Program-made: the position numbers and the translations under genes | Shown here: positions 13,039 through 22,653 of the stretch, one piece after another | How the letters are laid out: every line of letters begins with the position of its first letter | How positions within the stretch are numbered: position 1 is the stretch's first letter | The notes under the pieces: generated by a model | What the model was told of the DNA's origin: nothing | The model's database searches: none | What the model saw: the letters and a program-made list of their open reading frames with translations, nothing else | Assembly: GCA_965219995.1 (NCBI GenBank) | Contig: CBDCOX010000002.1 | Coordinates: 3,936,001 to 4,000,000 of the forward strand | Origin: Candidatus Latescibacterota bacterium | GTDB taxonomy: Bacteria > Latescibacterota > UBA2968 > GCA-2709665 | Direction of reading: 5' to 3' | DNA: 64,000 nt

Positions 13039-13799
13039 CGGTCTTTCTTTCGCGCGATGAACGCCGCCACGTTCGCCCGCGCCTCGTCCGTTCCGAAACA
13101 GGCCTCGAATGCCTCCGAGGCGGCGTCATCCCACCTGGCGTCGCGAGCCGAGGCGATCCGGTTCAGCAGGGCCCCGGTCTCTCTCAGCGCTGCCGGCGGA
13201 AACGACGCCAGGCGCTTCGCAAACGCACCGACGCGACCCCTCAATGCGTCGTCAGCGACGCAATCGTGCACCAGGCCGAGCCCTTTGGCCTCCTCCCCGG
13301 TGACCGTTTCGCACGCCATCGCGATCCACCTTGCGGCCGATCCGCCAACGACGTCGACGAGCCGGCCCAGCCCCCACGGCGGCGTCCACCCCAGTTCCAC
13401 TTCCGGCATGCCCAGCCTGGCCGACGTCGCCGCGAAACGGAAGTCGTGGTACATCGCCATCACCACCCCGCCGCCGAGCACGTGGCCGTGCAGCATCGCG
13501 ACGGTGGGCTGGGGGATCGTCTCGAGCAGCGCGAAGGCGTCGGCGTGCTCCTTTTCCGCGTCCGCGGCTTGCCGGGCCGACAGCGGCGCCAGGTCTTTCA
13601 GGTCGCTGCCCGCGCAGAACGCCCGGCCCGCGCCGCCGGTGACCACAACCCGCACGTCTTCCCGATCGCGTATCCCCTCGAGGTGCGCCCTGAACGCGCG
13701 CACACTTTCGAGATCCATCGCATTCAACACTTCGGGCCGGTTCAACGTCAGCCAGGCGATTCCGTCTTCAACCGTCAGATCGATCTTGGCTTTCTTCAT
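13035..13799 (-). CDS. Enoyl-CoA hydratase/isomerase (crotonase) family protein
   Basis: LTLNRPEVLNAM, AFCAGSDL, VLGGG, MPEVELG; overlaps the ligase start by 4 bp. Confidence 0.92.
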   Translation of the reverse strand: MKKAKIDLTVEDGIAWLTLNRPEVLNAMDLESVRAFRAHLEGIRDREDVRVVVTGGAGRAFCAGSDLKDLAPLSARQAADAEKEHADAFALLETIPQPTVAMLHGHVLGGGVVMAMYHDFRFAATSARLGMPEVELGWTPPWGLGRLVDVVGGSAARWIAMACETVTGEEAKGLGLVHDCVADDALRGRVGAFAKRLASFPPAALRETGALLNRIASARDARWDDAASEAFEACFGTDEARANVAAFIARKKDR

Positions 13800-13812
13800 T
13801 TCAACCGGAACC

Positions 13813-13874
13813 AACAGGGATGGACAGGATGGACAGGACAAAAACCAAAATGCGCGAGAAAGGCACGAGAAAAC
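13813..13874. repeat. Dispersed repeat family C, copy 1 (GGATGGACA nonamer repeats)
   Basis: 62 bp; 57/62 identical to the reverse complement of 42096-42157. Confidence 0.9.
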
Positions 13875-14071
13875 GAGGAAAACCGAAAAACGCCAGAAAA
13901 CGAGTAACGGCAGTGAATCGATTCACCAGACCGCACGTCGTCATTCCGGCCACCCTTAAACCCCAACATTTCGCAGGCCGAACCGATTCCGGATACTCCT
14001 GGACGACCTTTACGCCCCGTTTCGGAAGTTCTCCCCGCAGTGTCGGCTTGATGGATTTTTAGACCTGAGGC

Positions 14072-14257
14072 AAATTGCCGCAAGAGGCGCAAAACAGCTA
14101 TCCTGTTACAGGGCGCATAGCCGAACGTCCAGGAATTACCTGCAGCGTCACGGCGTTACGGCACACGCCGATTCGCAGCGATATTTTCTGTGCCCTTTGT
14201 GCCCTTTGTGCCCTTTGTGCCTTTTGTGGCCAATTTGACGGTTATCTTTTTTCAAAT
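14072..14257. repeat. Dispersed hairpin element family B, copy 1 (TGTGCCCTT nonamer array)
   Basis: 14112-14257 aligns to 53507-53634 with two extra 9-mers; the left arm AATTGCCGCAAGAGGCGCAAA can pair with TTTGTGCCTTTTGTGGCCAATT. Confidence 0.85.
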
Positions 14258-14281
14258 TGAGGTTGGCTCAAGCCCGGGGGT

Positions 14282-14776
14282 CTATGCGTGTTTCTTCGGA
14301 TAGTCGTACGACACCATCCGCCCGAGACCGCCGGATACGTCAGCCCAGGATTCGACTTCCAGATCGACGCAGCAGACGGCGCAGGTCGGCATATAAATCG
14401 ACGAGTCTGAAGCGAGAAACCCGGCCAAGTCCGAGAAACCCGGATTATGTCCGACCAGGACAACTTCGCCGCAATCGTCAGGGAGTCCCCTTACGACGGC
14501 AACCAGGCTGTGAAGGCTCGCCTCGTATATGGTCATTTCCTCGACGATCTTCTTTGCCGGGAACTCCAGTGCCTTCGCGATCGCCCGGGCCGTTTTCGCC
14601 GCGCGTCTTGCGGGACTGGAGACGATCATATCGGGCTTCGCCCCGTCTTTTTTCAGACGCGCGCCCATGGACGGCGCGTCCCGTTTGCCGCGTTTGTTCA
14701 ACGGGCGCTCGAAATCGCCAAGCGTCGGATCGCTCCAACTCGACTTTGCGTGTCGAATCACATAGAGCCGTTTCAT
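14282..14776 (-). CDS. sixA: Histidine phosphatase, SixA-like
   Basis: MKRLYVIRHAKSSW, RPLNKRG, SSPARRA, LVGHNP, MPTC. Confidence 0.85.
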   Translation of the reverse strand: MKRLYVIRHAKSSWSDPTLGDFERPLNKRGKRDAPSMGARLKKDGAKPDMIVSSPARRAAKTARAIAKALEFPAKKIVEEMTIYEASLHSLVAVVRGLPDDCGEVVLVGHNPGFSDLAGFLASDSSIYMPTCAVCCVDLEVESWADVSGGLGRMVSYDYPKKHA

Positions 14777-14837
14777 TCCGCGAAGCCCCCACGTAAATGA
14801 TGCCCTTGCGGACCTGATCCGACCGAAGGAGCGGCCA

Positions 14838-15725
14838 TTACGCATCGCGTACCGGTCCGCCGGCATCCCAGACCAGCCTGGGACCGCCCTCGAGCCCTTG
14901 AATGTGGCCCGCCTCCCGTTCGCGCGGGTATCCCAGACAATGAGAAACATACGTCACGCCATCGATCTCGCGAAAGCGGTTTCGATGCTGATGACCGTAG
15001 ACGTGCATCGACGCGCCGACGCGCCGCACCTGCGCATCCAGCCCCCGGCATCCGGCAACGCGGCTGAAGTTGAACGCCGGGTGAGGATCCGCCGGCCATT
15101 TCCCGGGCGGCCGCCTGTCGGGGAGGCCGTAAATCAGTTCCTTCCTCGGCAGAACATGGCTGAACGAGATAACCGGCGCATCGTATTCCCGCACGACGCG
15201 GCTCTCATTCACGCGAAGGAAATATTCCGCGGCCGGCGTTGCCGCCTCCGGCCAACTGACAAAATGATCGTCGCTCCACATGGACAAGGTCGCGTCTTCG
15301 CCGGCCTTCGGCGAGTACAAGCTGTCCGGCCCCTCTTCCGGTTTCAGATACCACGAAAAGAGAGGGACGATCCACACACCCGTCCCGTTGCCGGCCCTGC
15401 CGGGCCGCGTGTTGACGTCGAGTCGGTCGCAAAGGTCCAGTACCTGGTCGAACTTGCCCAGAGACCCGCGGGGCGGCGTCCCTCGGCGCACCCACAATTC
15501 GTGGTTTCCCGGGACGAAAAACAAACTCGAGAACCGGGACCGCAGCTCCGACAGCGTCCCCTCCAGCCGGTCCACGCGGTCGGTGACGTCGCCGGCGAGA
15601 ATCAGCACGTCTCGCTGAAAACCGGACCGGGACAGCGCCCGGACCCAGGCCAGATTCAGCGCGGAATCCACGTGGATATCGGATAACGCGAATATGCGCG
15701 GCGTATCTTTCTCGGTCTCGCCCAT
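14838..15725 (-). CDS. Calcineurin-like metallophosphoesterase
   Basis: SDIH, AGD, PGNHE, FSH, GHQH motifs. Confidence 0.9.
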   Translation of the reverse strand: MGETEKDTPRIFALSDIHVDSALNLAWVRALSRSGFQRDVLILAGDVTDRVDRLEGTLSELRSRFSSLFFVPGNHELWVRRGTPPRGSLGKFDQVLDLCDRLDVNTRPGRAGNGTGVWIVPLFSWYLKPEEGPDSLYSPKAGEDATLSMWSDDHFVSWPEAATPAAEYFLRVNESRVVREYDAPVISFSHVLPRKELIYGLPDRRPPGKWPADPHPAFNFSRVAGCRGLDAQVRRVGASMHVYGHQHRNRFREIDGVTYVSHCLGYPREREAGHIQGLEGGPRLVWDAGGPVRDA

Positions 15726-15794
15726 GGCTGTCAACCGGTCCGCGCTGAGCTTACGGACGTGGCTGCCTCCACGAATCGCGAAGGGAAGCCGGCT

Positions 15795-16427
15795 TTATTC
15801 CCTTCTTACCCGGCAAACCGCCCGGGAGCCGGCGTCGCAGTACCAGAAGTCACCGTTCCACATCGTCATGCCGTGAGGCTCCGGATACCCTTCGGGAATC
15901 TCGATCTTCTCGCGGACCACTCCATCCGCCGCGTTCAGACGGTAGATTGCACGGTGATTGGTTTCGACGCACCAGAGGTCTCCGCCTACCCAGGCAATGC
16001 CGTGCGGCCGTTCCCCGGGAGCGGGAATCGAATGGACCACTTCGAAGCCGTTCTCTACGTCCACCTGGTAGATCGTAGCCGACGGCGGAACGGCCATCCA
16101 GAGGCAGCCGTCGCGCATCTCCAGGCCGTGGGCGCCCGTTTCCACCGCGCCGGGGGTATCGAAGCGTTGCAGCGTTTCCCCGGTCTGCCGGTCGACGAGG
16201 AGAATCTCCCGGCTGTACGTGGACGCCAGCCACAGAGCGGCGCCGGTGTCCGTAATCCCGCTTCCCTTGTCCGACTCCGTCTCCAGCGTCTTTATCGATT
16301 CGCCCGAGAAGGAAACCAGAGCGACCTGATTCGTCTCCTGATCCAGAATCCAGATCCCTTCAGACGTTGCCTGCATCCCGTTCGGATGCGGCCCGGGCGA
16401 GCAAAATTCCCGTGCGATGTCAACCAT
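15795..16427 (-). CDS. Small beta-propeller protein (glutaminyl cyclase/YncE-like repeats)
   Basis: Five ~40-aa repeats ending P(N/H)G-x-x-x...LW/IW (PHPNGMQ, GAHGLE, RPHGIAW, EPHGMTMW). Confidence 0.7.
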   Translation of the reverse strand: MVDIAREFCSPGPHPNGMQATSEGIWILDQETNQVALVSFSGESIKTLETESDKGSGITDTGAALWLASTYSREILLVDRQTGETLQRFDTPGAVETGAHGLEMRDGCLWMAVPPSATIYQVDVENGFEVVHSIPAPGERPHGIAWVGGDLWCVETNHRAIYRLNAADGVVREKIEIPEGYPEPHGMTMWNGDFWYCDAGSRAVCRVRRE

Positions 16428-16477
16428 GAGAGCGTTCCCCGTTTTCCGTATATGAGATTTCCCGATCTGCCAGCGAG

Positions 16478-17299
16478 TCACGCCACCCGCGTCGGCCTCG
16501 TATTCATCAGTCCGATAATGCTGTCGGGGTGCTCGTCGCGGGTGCTGAAACCCGGCGTGTCGCCCCGCCGTCTATAGCGCGTGGTGCGAACGTAGGGCGG
16601 GCTCATTTCCGGATACCTGAAAGAGGAAGGATCCGCCTTCAGCTTCTCCATCGCCGCCAACGCCCCGTTCCGGATGAGCGCGCGGGACCGCGCGGGCGCC
16701 AGGTTGACGGCGCTCAGCTTGGCGCGGCTGTAGGCGTCCGCATCCAGGTCTTCGAGGCCGTCCGGGAGCAGGCCGCGTTTCACGCCAACCGTAACCACGC
16801 CGGGCGTGAGCGACTCGGCCTCACCGGCGAACGCTTCCTCGCCGGCGGCGAAAATCGTCGGTACGCCGAGTTCCATCGCGCACAACACCAGTTGCCCGTA
16901 TTCTCCGATGGAAATCCCATTGATCGCATAGTCCACGCACGCGAAACTCCCCGTGTGGGTCAGGTGCGAATAGGGGGTACCCGCCTTCGCGTGCTGCCCC
17001 ACGTATGCAAGGCCCTGGTACGATTCATCCAGGCTCCAGGGCCAGATCGGGTCCGCGTGTCCCCGCATCAGCTGTGCGCGTTCGTCGAGAAGCTCCGGAT
17101 CCATCGCGCCGTGCCCGTGTCCGTCGACCACCAGGATCTCTTCCGCGCCGCCCTCACAGAAACCGTCCACCGCGGCGTTGACCTCCAGCGTCAGGAGTCT
17201 CTTCGCTTTGTCGTAATACATCGCCTCCGGCACGCACCAGTCCTCGAAATTCAGAATGCCCGCGACCCCTTCCAGGTCCGTCATAATCATCAGCTTCAT
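16478..17299 (-). CDS. M55 family D-aminopeptidase (DppA-like)
   Basis: IMTDLEGVAG, EVNAA, VVDGHG, GQHAKAG, HLTHT, GE. Confidence 0.9.
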   Translation of the reverse strand: MKLMIMTDLEGVAGILNFEDWCVPEAMYYDKAKRLLTLEVNAAVDGFCEGGAEEILVVDGHGHGAMDPELLDERAQLMRGHADPIWPWSLDESYQGLAYVGQHAKAGTPYSHLTHTGSFACVDYAINGISIGEYGQLVLCAMELGVPTIFAAGEEAFAGEAESLTPGVVTVGVKRGLLPDGLEDLDADAYSRAKLSAVNLAPARSRALIRNGALAAMEKLKADPSSFRYPEMSPPYVRTTRYRRRGDTPGFSTRDEHPDSIIGLMNTRPTRVA

Positions 17300-17339
17300 C
17301 GTCGGTCTCCCGTCTTTATCCGACCATCGTCTTACGCGT

Positions 17340-18537
17340 CTACGCCTCGCGCCCGATCCAGAAGTCGTTGAAGCCCGTCACCGGCCCGTCGTCGTTCGGC
17401 CCGCTCGCCAGGTCCAAACCGCCGAACAGGTACACCGATTCATCCAGCGACACCATGCCGGGCACGCGGCGGACTCCCGGAACCGCCGCGGATGCCGAAT
17501 AGTCTTTCGCCCCGTCGTGCGCGTGCAGACACGTCCACTCGCCGGTACACAGATTCAGGCGCCAGAGATCGTTCAGCTGAGGTCCATTCACTTCTTCGGG
17601 CATGAACGCGCCCTGCGGCCCGAACCCGCCGAAAACGTACCATCGATCGCCGATCCGGGCCGAACCGTGGCCGTAGCGTGCGGAAGGCCGGTTCACCGCA
17701 CCGAAGTCATTCTCCGCGAGACAGGTCCACGCGGCCGCGGCAGGATCGAAACACCAGAGGTCGTTATAAAACTGCGGATCGCGGTCCTGCGTATCCCGCC
17801 CGCCCCAGATGTAGATCCGGTCCCGCCATGCCGTCATCGACATCACGTACCGTTTCGGCGGCCACAGCTCGCCATCTTCCGCTTCGATCCGCTCCCATGT
17901 CCCCGCGGCCGTATCGTACGTCCAGAGTTGCCGGCTCAGTACCGCGGTTTCGACCGTCGGCGGCAGCGGTGCCCGGTGGCCCCAACCGCCGAACGAATAG
18001 ATAGATCCTGCTTCCGATCACGGCCGTTCCGAACCCGCCGATGGTCGTGGGCCGGCCCAGGCCTGCACAATCGGGGTGCTCCAGCAAGACACCGTCGTCG
18101 GGCTCCAGCAGCGTCCAGCGCGCTTCCGACGGGTCGTACCTCCACAGATCGTTCAGCAGGGTAAATTTCCACCCTTCGCTCAGGATCGACAGCCCGCCGA
18201 ACAGGTAGAACCTGCCGTCGATCTCAACCCACGCGGGCAGCATGCGGGCGCAGGGCCGGTCCGCCGAGACGTCGAAACCGGCCGCGCCGTCGTTCTCCTC
18301 AAGAAGGTCCCATTTTTCAACCGACGGATCGTACACCCATACGTCGTTCAACCCGCCGAGCGTGGACTTGTTTCCCTGCCCCGAGGAAGCGCCGTATCTG
18401 AGCGTGCCCCCGCCGAACATATAGACGCGTCCCCGGTAGGACAGCATCGCGCCCGGCGCTTCTCTGGCGCAGGGCACGTTGCCGTCTGTCGACTCGACCT
18501 GAGGATGGCCCATCCGCCAAGTGAATGTGTGGTCCAT
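17340..18537 (-). pseudogene. Kelch-repeat protein split by a 4-bp duplication frameshift
   Basis: Both halves carry kelch motifs (YMFGG, YLFGG, YIWGG, YVFGG, NDLW). Removing one copy of CGAA at 17990-17997 restores ...RIYLFGGWGH...LWTYD...KRYVMSMTAWRD, joining ORFs 17764-18537 and 17340-17846. Confidence 0.85.
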
Positions 18538-18595
18538 AATTATTCGTGCGCCGCGTTTCCTGATTCCGCGGGTACCGGTTTCGCCCGCTGCCGGC

Positions 18596-20296
18596 TCACA
18601 CAGCGACCGGCAGGATCAGACGCGAGGGATATTCCGCCGAATGATGGACTTCCTGGGTGGCCGCCGCGAGTTTCGTTTCCGCCAGATCGTTCCCGCCGGT
18701 ATTGTGATTCCTGTCATGATTCGGAAAGTCACTGCTGGTAATCTCAAGCCGGATCCTGTGCCCGGCAAGGAACCGGCAGGCCGTGGCCGTCAACCGAATG
18801 CGATACTCTGTAACGTCTCCCGGTGTGATGAAGTCTTCCTCGTCCAGGGAAAGGCGGTGCCGGGCGCGGACCATTCCGTACGCGACCTCCATCGCCGGAC
18901 CGTTCGGGACTTCGTCCGCCAGGCGGGCGAAAAAATCGGTATCGGGCGCGGAAGTCGACGCGTAGAGCACCACCTCGGGAACTCCCGCCGTCTCCAGGTC
19001 GACCTCCAGGACAGGGGTGCGGTAAATCAGGATATCCTGCCGGTAGTCCAGCCGTTTCCTGTCCGACGGCTCCGTATACAGTCCCTTCGACCAGAGCGTA
19101 GGTACCGGATCGTTCGGGTCGTACACGTATCCATCGTGCCTCGATCCAGCGCCGGGCCCATCCTTCAGGCGTCCGGATCCCGTGGTGAGGTGGGCGTCGC
19201 CTTCGCTGTCCAGATAGTAGGCTGCCCGCGTTGTTCCCGGGGGAGGCCAGGTCGACGCCGTCTTCCACGCGCCCGAACCCATTACGAAGTATCGTACGGC
19301 CGGGTCCCGGTCCACCCCGTTATCCGAGCCCTTGAGCCAGCGGTCGAACCAGCGGATCATCGCATCCTGCAGGTCCAGACTCGCCTCGGGACCGAAATCG
19401 AACGGTCCCTGACGCCGGTTTCCGAGTCCGCTGTGGTTCCACGGCCCGATCACGAGGCGGGTCTGCGTTCTGGCGATTTCAGAACGGCCATTTTTCTGCA
19501 TCAGGCCCAGGTGCGCCATGGTGCCCCCGCAATGGTCGTACCACCCGCTGAAATCCAGGTTCGGGACCTCCACGTCGCGGTGCACTTCGTCGAACTTCCA
19601 GCATCGGCGGTTGGGATGCCGCAGCCAGTCCTCGGCGTAACCCGCCATTGCATCGGGCAGATAGCGGGGAAGGTCCAGCCACGGCATGAAATACAACCAC
19701 CGCATATGCTCCACGTCCTCCCAGATCTCCACGGCTTCGTCCCGGTGGTACGGGCCCGGACCGCCCTCCCGCCTGCGGATATCCGGCGCGATCGTCCCCA
19801 TCCACCACTTGACGCGACGCCCGGGGCGGAAAGATCCCCACCAGTCCACTTCCGTATTCTCCAGCGGAATCGACCATGCGCACATGGCGACCAGATGCGG
19901 CGGCCGCAGCTTTGCCAGCATCCACTGCATCCAGGCGTTGTACGACCCGCCGAACGTGCCGACCTTCCCGTTGCAATACGGCTGCCGCGCCAGCCATTCG
20001 ACGCTCTCGTAGCCATCCTGTGCGTCGGGCGTGCCGCCCTCCACGGTATACGGGATGTACGTCCCGCCGGAAGCGTACCGACCGCGCGAGTCCTGTGTGA
20101 CCACGGCGTACCCGGACCGGACAACCCGTTCAAAGCCGCCCTCGGGTTTTCCATAGGGCGTTCGCATCAGCAGACCCGGAACCCGTCCGGGGCCGTCCGG
20201 CCGGAACACGTTCGCGCGAAGCGTGACCCCGTCCGACATCCCCACGGGAACGTTTTTCTCAACGACGATTTCCTGGACTTCGTTCTTCTCCGCCAT
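18596..20296 (-). CDS. CocE/NonD family hydrolase
   Basis: MRTPYG, QDSRGRYAS, nucleophile GGSY, GWYD, IGPWNH, C-terminal PepX-like domain SSDFP. Confidence 0.93.
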   Translation of the reverse strand: MAEKNEVQEIVVEKNVPVGMSDGVTLRANVFRPDGPGRVPGLLMRTPYGKPEGGFERVVRSGYAVVTQDSRGRYASGGTYIPYTVEGGTPDAQDGYESVEWLARQPYCNGKVGTFGGSYNAWMQWMLAKLRPPHLVAMCAWSIPLENTEVDWWGSFRPGRRVKWWMGTIAPDIRRREGGPGPYHRDEAVEIWEDVEHMRWLYFMPWLDLPRYLPDAMAGYAEDWLRHPNRRCWKFDEVHRDVEVPNLDFSGWYDHCGGTMAHLGLMQKNGRSEIARTQTRLVIGPWNHSGLGNRRQGPFDFGPEASLDLQDAMIRWFDRWLKGSDNGVDRDPAVRYFVMGSGAWKTASTWPPPGTTRAAYYLDSEGDAHLTTGSGRLKDGPGAGSRHDGYVYDPNDPVPTLWSKGLYTEPSDRKRLDYRQDILIYRTPVLEVDLETAGVPEVVLYASTSAPDTDFFARLADEVPNGPAMEVAYGMVRARHRLSLDEEDFITPGDVTEYRIRLTATACRFLAGHRIRLEITSSDFPNHDRNHNTGGNDLAETKLAAATQEVHHSAEYPSRLILPVAV

Positions 20297-20321
20297 ACGA
20301 TTCCTTACCGGAATCCGACGT

Positions 20322-21878
20322 TCAGATCCGCTCCATGATTTCCCGGAATCCGTTCAAGGCATCCGGGAATCCCGAAGGACCGGGCATCGGCCAGAGGCAG
20401 AAGATCCCGTCGAAACTCCGGCACCGGAGATTGGATAGAATCTCGACGAGCTCCGCGTTGCCCCGGCCGGCGACCGCCGGATCGCCGCTGGCCGCGACCG
20501 CGTCCCTGAAGTCGACGTGCCTCACAAGCCGGCGGATCGGCCCCTTGTACAGTCCCGAATAGAACGGGCTTCCTCCCGAGAGCGCGACGGCGGCCGGATC
20601 GTATGCCATGTGTACGCCGGCCGCCCCGATCTCTCTCAGACCTCTCGCGATATCCGACGGGTTCACACCCGCTGGATTCCCCACCAGCACGTCCATCCCA
20701 TTGTCATCGGCCACCCGGGAGAGCCGTTCGAGTGCACCTTTCATATCCGTCCGATCAAGGTCCTCGGGCAGCAGGACATGCAGGTGCCTTGCACCGAAAC
20801 CGGCCGCAACTTCACAAGCCTCCGGCACTGCCTCGGCTGATGCAAACGGCGCGCGCAGGGCAACGAGTGCGACTCCCCGCGCCGTGAGCCGCTCGCAAAG
20901 ATCCGCGGCGCCGTTCAGATGCTCCGCGTGCAGTTCCACGGACCGGATCCCCGCCCCGGCCACCTGGTCCAGCGCCCGTTCGGGGTTGGCATCAACCGCC
21001 CACAGCGGCGCGCTAAGCCTGAATTTCTCTTCCTCCAGAAGGGATTCCAGCGATTTGCCGCCATTCGCTACCGCATCGCGCCGGACCTTCGGCCGGCCCG
21101 CCGAAACACGCGCGATCTTCTCCCTGTACCCCACGCAGTCGGCGCAGTGCGGATTCTCGTCCAGCGCAAAGCCCGGGTCGCGCGTCATTTCACGGCGCAT
21201 CACGGCCGCGGCGCGGGGTGCGTCGATCAGGCGGCAGACGGCCGGCCCTACCGTACCCACGGCCATGGCCCCTTCGGCCCTGAACAGCCGGTCGAACTTC
21301 AACACGCCGCCGCGGTGCCCGCCCGGACACCGGTGAATCGACAAGACGCGGACCTCGCCGGAGGCGTCCACGTACTGCATTTCCAACTCGCGAAGGTACG
21401 GCAGATCCAGCTCCGCTTCCACCGTGTGCAGCAGCGTCATCGTATCCAGATCGCACCCGATGTGCAGCACCTTTCCGCCGAGGGTGATCAGGCGGCCGTA
21501 CGGCGTCTCCGGGCCGTCGGGGACCGCGCTCTTCTCGTGATCGGACAGGATCTCCTCCGCCCGCGCTCCGAACCCCGCCACCGGATGATAGGGGTGCCTG
21601 CTGCGCAGCACGCCGGGCCGCAGCCGGAACGTCTCGCTGATGGCGCCCATGTCCGATGGGATCGTGTCCGGATCGAACGTGCGACCGTCGCGGGCCGGAT
21701 GGGTGGGCATCAGCAGGGTTCCGCCGGGACCCAGGACTTCGAGAAGGGCGTCGATCACCCCGTCCGCGCCGCCCGCAACGCGGCCCAGGGCGCTCAGGGA
21801 CGAATGCGCCACCACGATCGCGCCCGGCTGCAATCCGAGCGCCGACAACCCGTCTGCGATTTCACTTTGCGTCAGCAT
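20322..21878 (-). CDS. AAC(3)-family N-acetyltransferase fused to a degenerate xylose-isomerase/AP-endonuclease-like TIM barrel
   Basis: N-half: HSSLS, GGTLLMPT, MGAISETFR, RSRHP, TLLH. C-half: AGIRSVEL, MAYDP, HVDFRD, GRGNAEL, FDG. Confidence 0.75.
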   Translation of the reverse strand: MLTQSEIADGLSALGLQPGAIVVAHSSLSALGRVAGGADGVIDALLEVLGPGGTLLMPTHPARDGRTFDPDTIPSDMGAISETFRLRPGVLRSRHPYHPVAGFGARAEEILSDHEKSAVPDGPETPYGRLITLGGKVLHIGCDLDTMTLLHTVEAELDLPYLRELEMQYVDASGEVRVLSIHRCPGGHRGGVLKFDRLFRAEGAMAVGTVGPAVCRLIDAPRAAAVMRREMTRDPGFALDENPHCADCVGYREKIARVSAGRPKVRRDAVANGGKSLESLLEEEKFRLSAPLWAVDANPERALDQVAGAGIRSVELHAEHLNGAADLCERLTARGVALVALRAPFASAEAVPEACEVAAGFGARHLHVLLPEDLDRTDMKGALERLSRVADDNGMDVLVGNPAGVNPSDIARGLREIGAAGVHMAYDPAAVALSGGSPFYSGLYKGPIRRLVRHVDFRDAVAASGDPAVAGRGNAELVEILSNLRCRSFDGIFCLWPMPGPSGFPDALNGFREIMERI

Positions 21879-21932
21879 CGTTGCCGCGAGTCCTCCCCGT
21901 TGACGCGATCGCATCGCGTCCCGTGCCCGTCC

Positions 21933-22652
21933 CTACCGCCATTCGATCAGCGCTTTGACATAGGCGCGGCCCACCAGTCGGTGGCCGTCCCTCAGATACG
22001 GTATATGATGACCTGCCAGTATGCAGTCGACGTGGAGACCCGCCAGCCGCTTCAGCGTGCGGATGTACGTGGGTTTGTCGAATTCCTCTCCGCCCTGCCA
22101 GCCCAGTTCCGGTTGAAAGCCGGTATTTCCGCAGAACAGGACGTCGCCGGCCAGCCAGATTGTCTTTCCGGCGTGTTCGAACCGGTAGATGACGCATCCG
22201 TTCGTGTGGCCCGGCGCGTGGATGACTTCGAAGCGGAACCCGCAGGCCTCGATCGTGTCGCCGTCTTCGACCACCCGGTCCACCTTGCAGGCCGGCAGCC
22301 GGAATCCGGCGGCATAGGGTATCGTCCGCGCGTCCGATCTCTCGATGCCCTCCGCGTCGCCCGGGCCGGCGATCACGAAAGCGCCCCGCTCACGGATCGC
22401 GGCCGCGTTGCCGATGTGATCGTAGTGGCTGTGGGTCAGGAACAGGTAGTCGACGCTTTCCAGCGAGATCCCCCATACGCGCAACTGCGCCTCGGCGCGT
22501 TCCAGGTCGGCGGGTACCGAACCTGAATCGACCACGATGGTACCTGCGTCGTTGTGCAGGACGTAGAAATTCGGGTGCTGCGCGTAAGCGAACCCGTCCG
22601 CGAGATAAATTTCCGGCAGAATCTGCATTTCGGCCTCCGTCGGCCTTGTCAC
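21933..22652 (-). CDS. MBL-fold metallo-hydrolase
   Basis: VVDSG, THSHYDHIG, APGHT, AGD, AGH. Confidence 0.9.
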   Translation of the reverse strand: MTRPTEAEMQILPEIYLADGFAYAQHPNFYVLHNDAGTIVVDSGSVPADLERAEAQLRVWGISLESVDYLFLTHSHYDHIGNAAAIRERGAFVIAGPGDAEGIERSDARTIPYAAGFRLPACKVDRVVEDGDTIEACGFRFEVIHAPGHTNGCVIYRFEHAGKTIWLAGDVLFCGNTGFQPELGWQGGEEFDKPTYIRTLKRLAGLHVDCILAGHHIPYLRDGHRLVGRAYVKALIEWR

Positions 22653-22653
22653 G

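Noticed and set aside
14186-14230. Tandem 9-mers (and the 7-/9-mers at 6403, 13817, 42130) as a CRISPR array
   Set aside because: The units are contiguous, too short and have no unique spacers; no cas genes are present.
14282-14776. SixA-like phosphatase as part of the REC-GDH phosphorelay
   Set aside because: It lies ~9 kb away in a separate cluster; nothing in the sequence links it to the HPt domain.
18521-20338. Long antisense ORFs (e.g. 18521-20338 +, 20919-22526 +, 45504-47627 -, 49804-51690 -, 57141-58847 -)
   Set aside because: They are shadows of well-supported opposite-strand genes in high-GC DNA and have no recognisable motifs.
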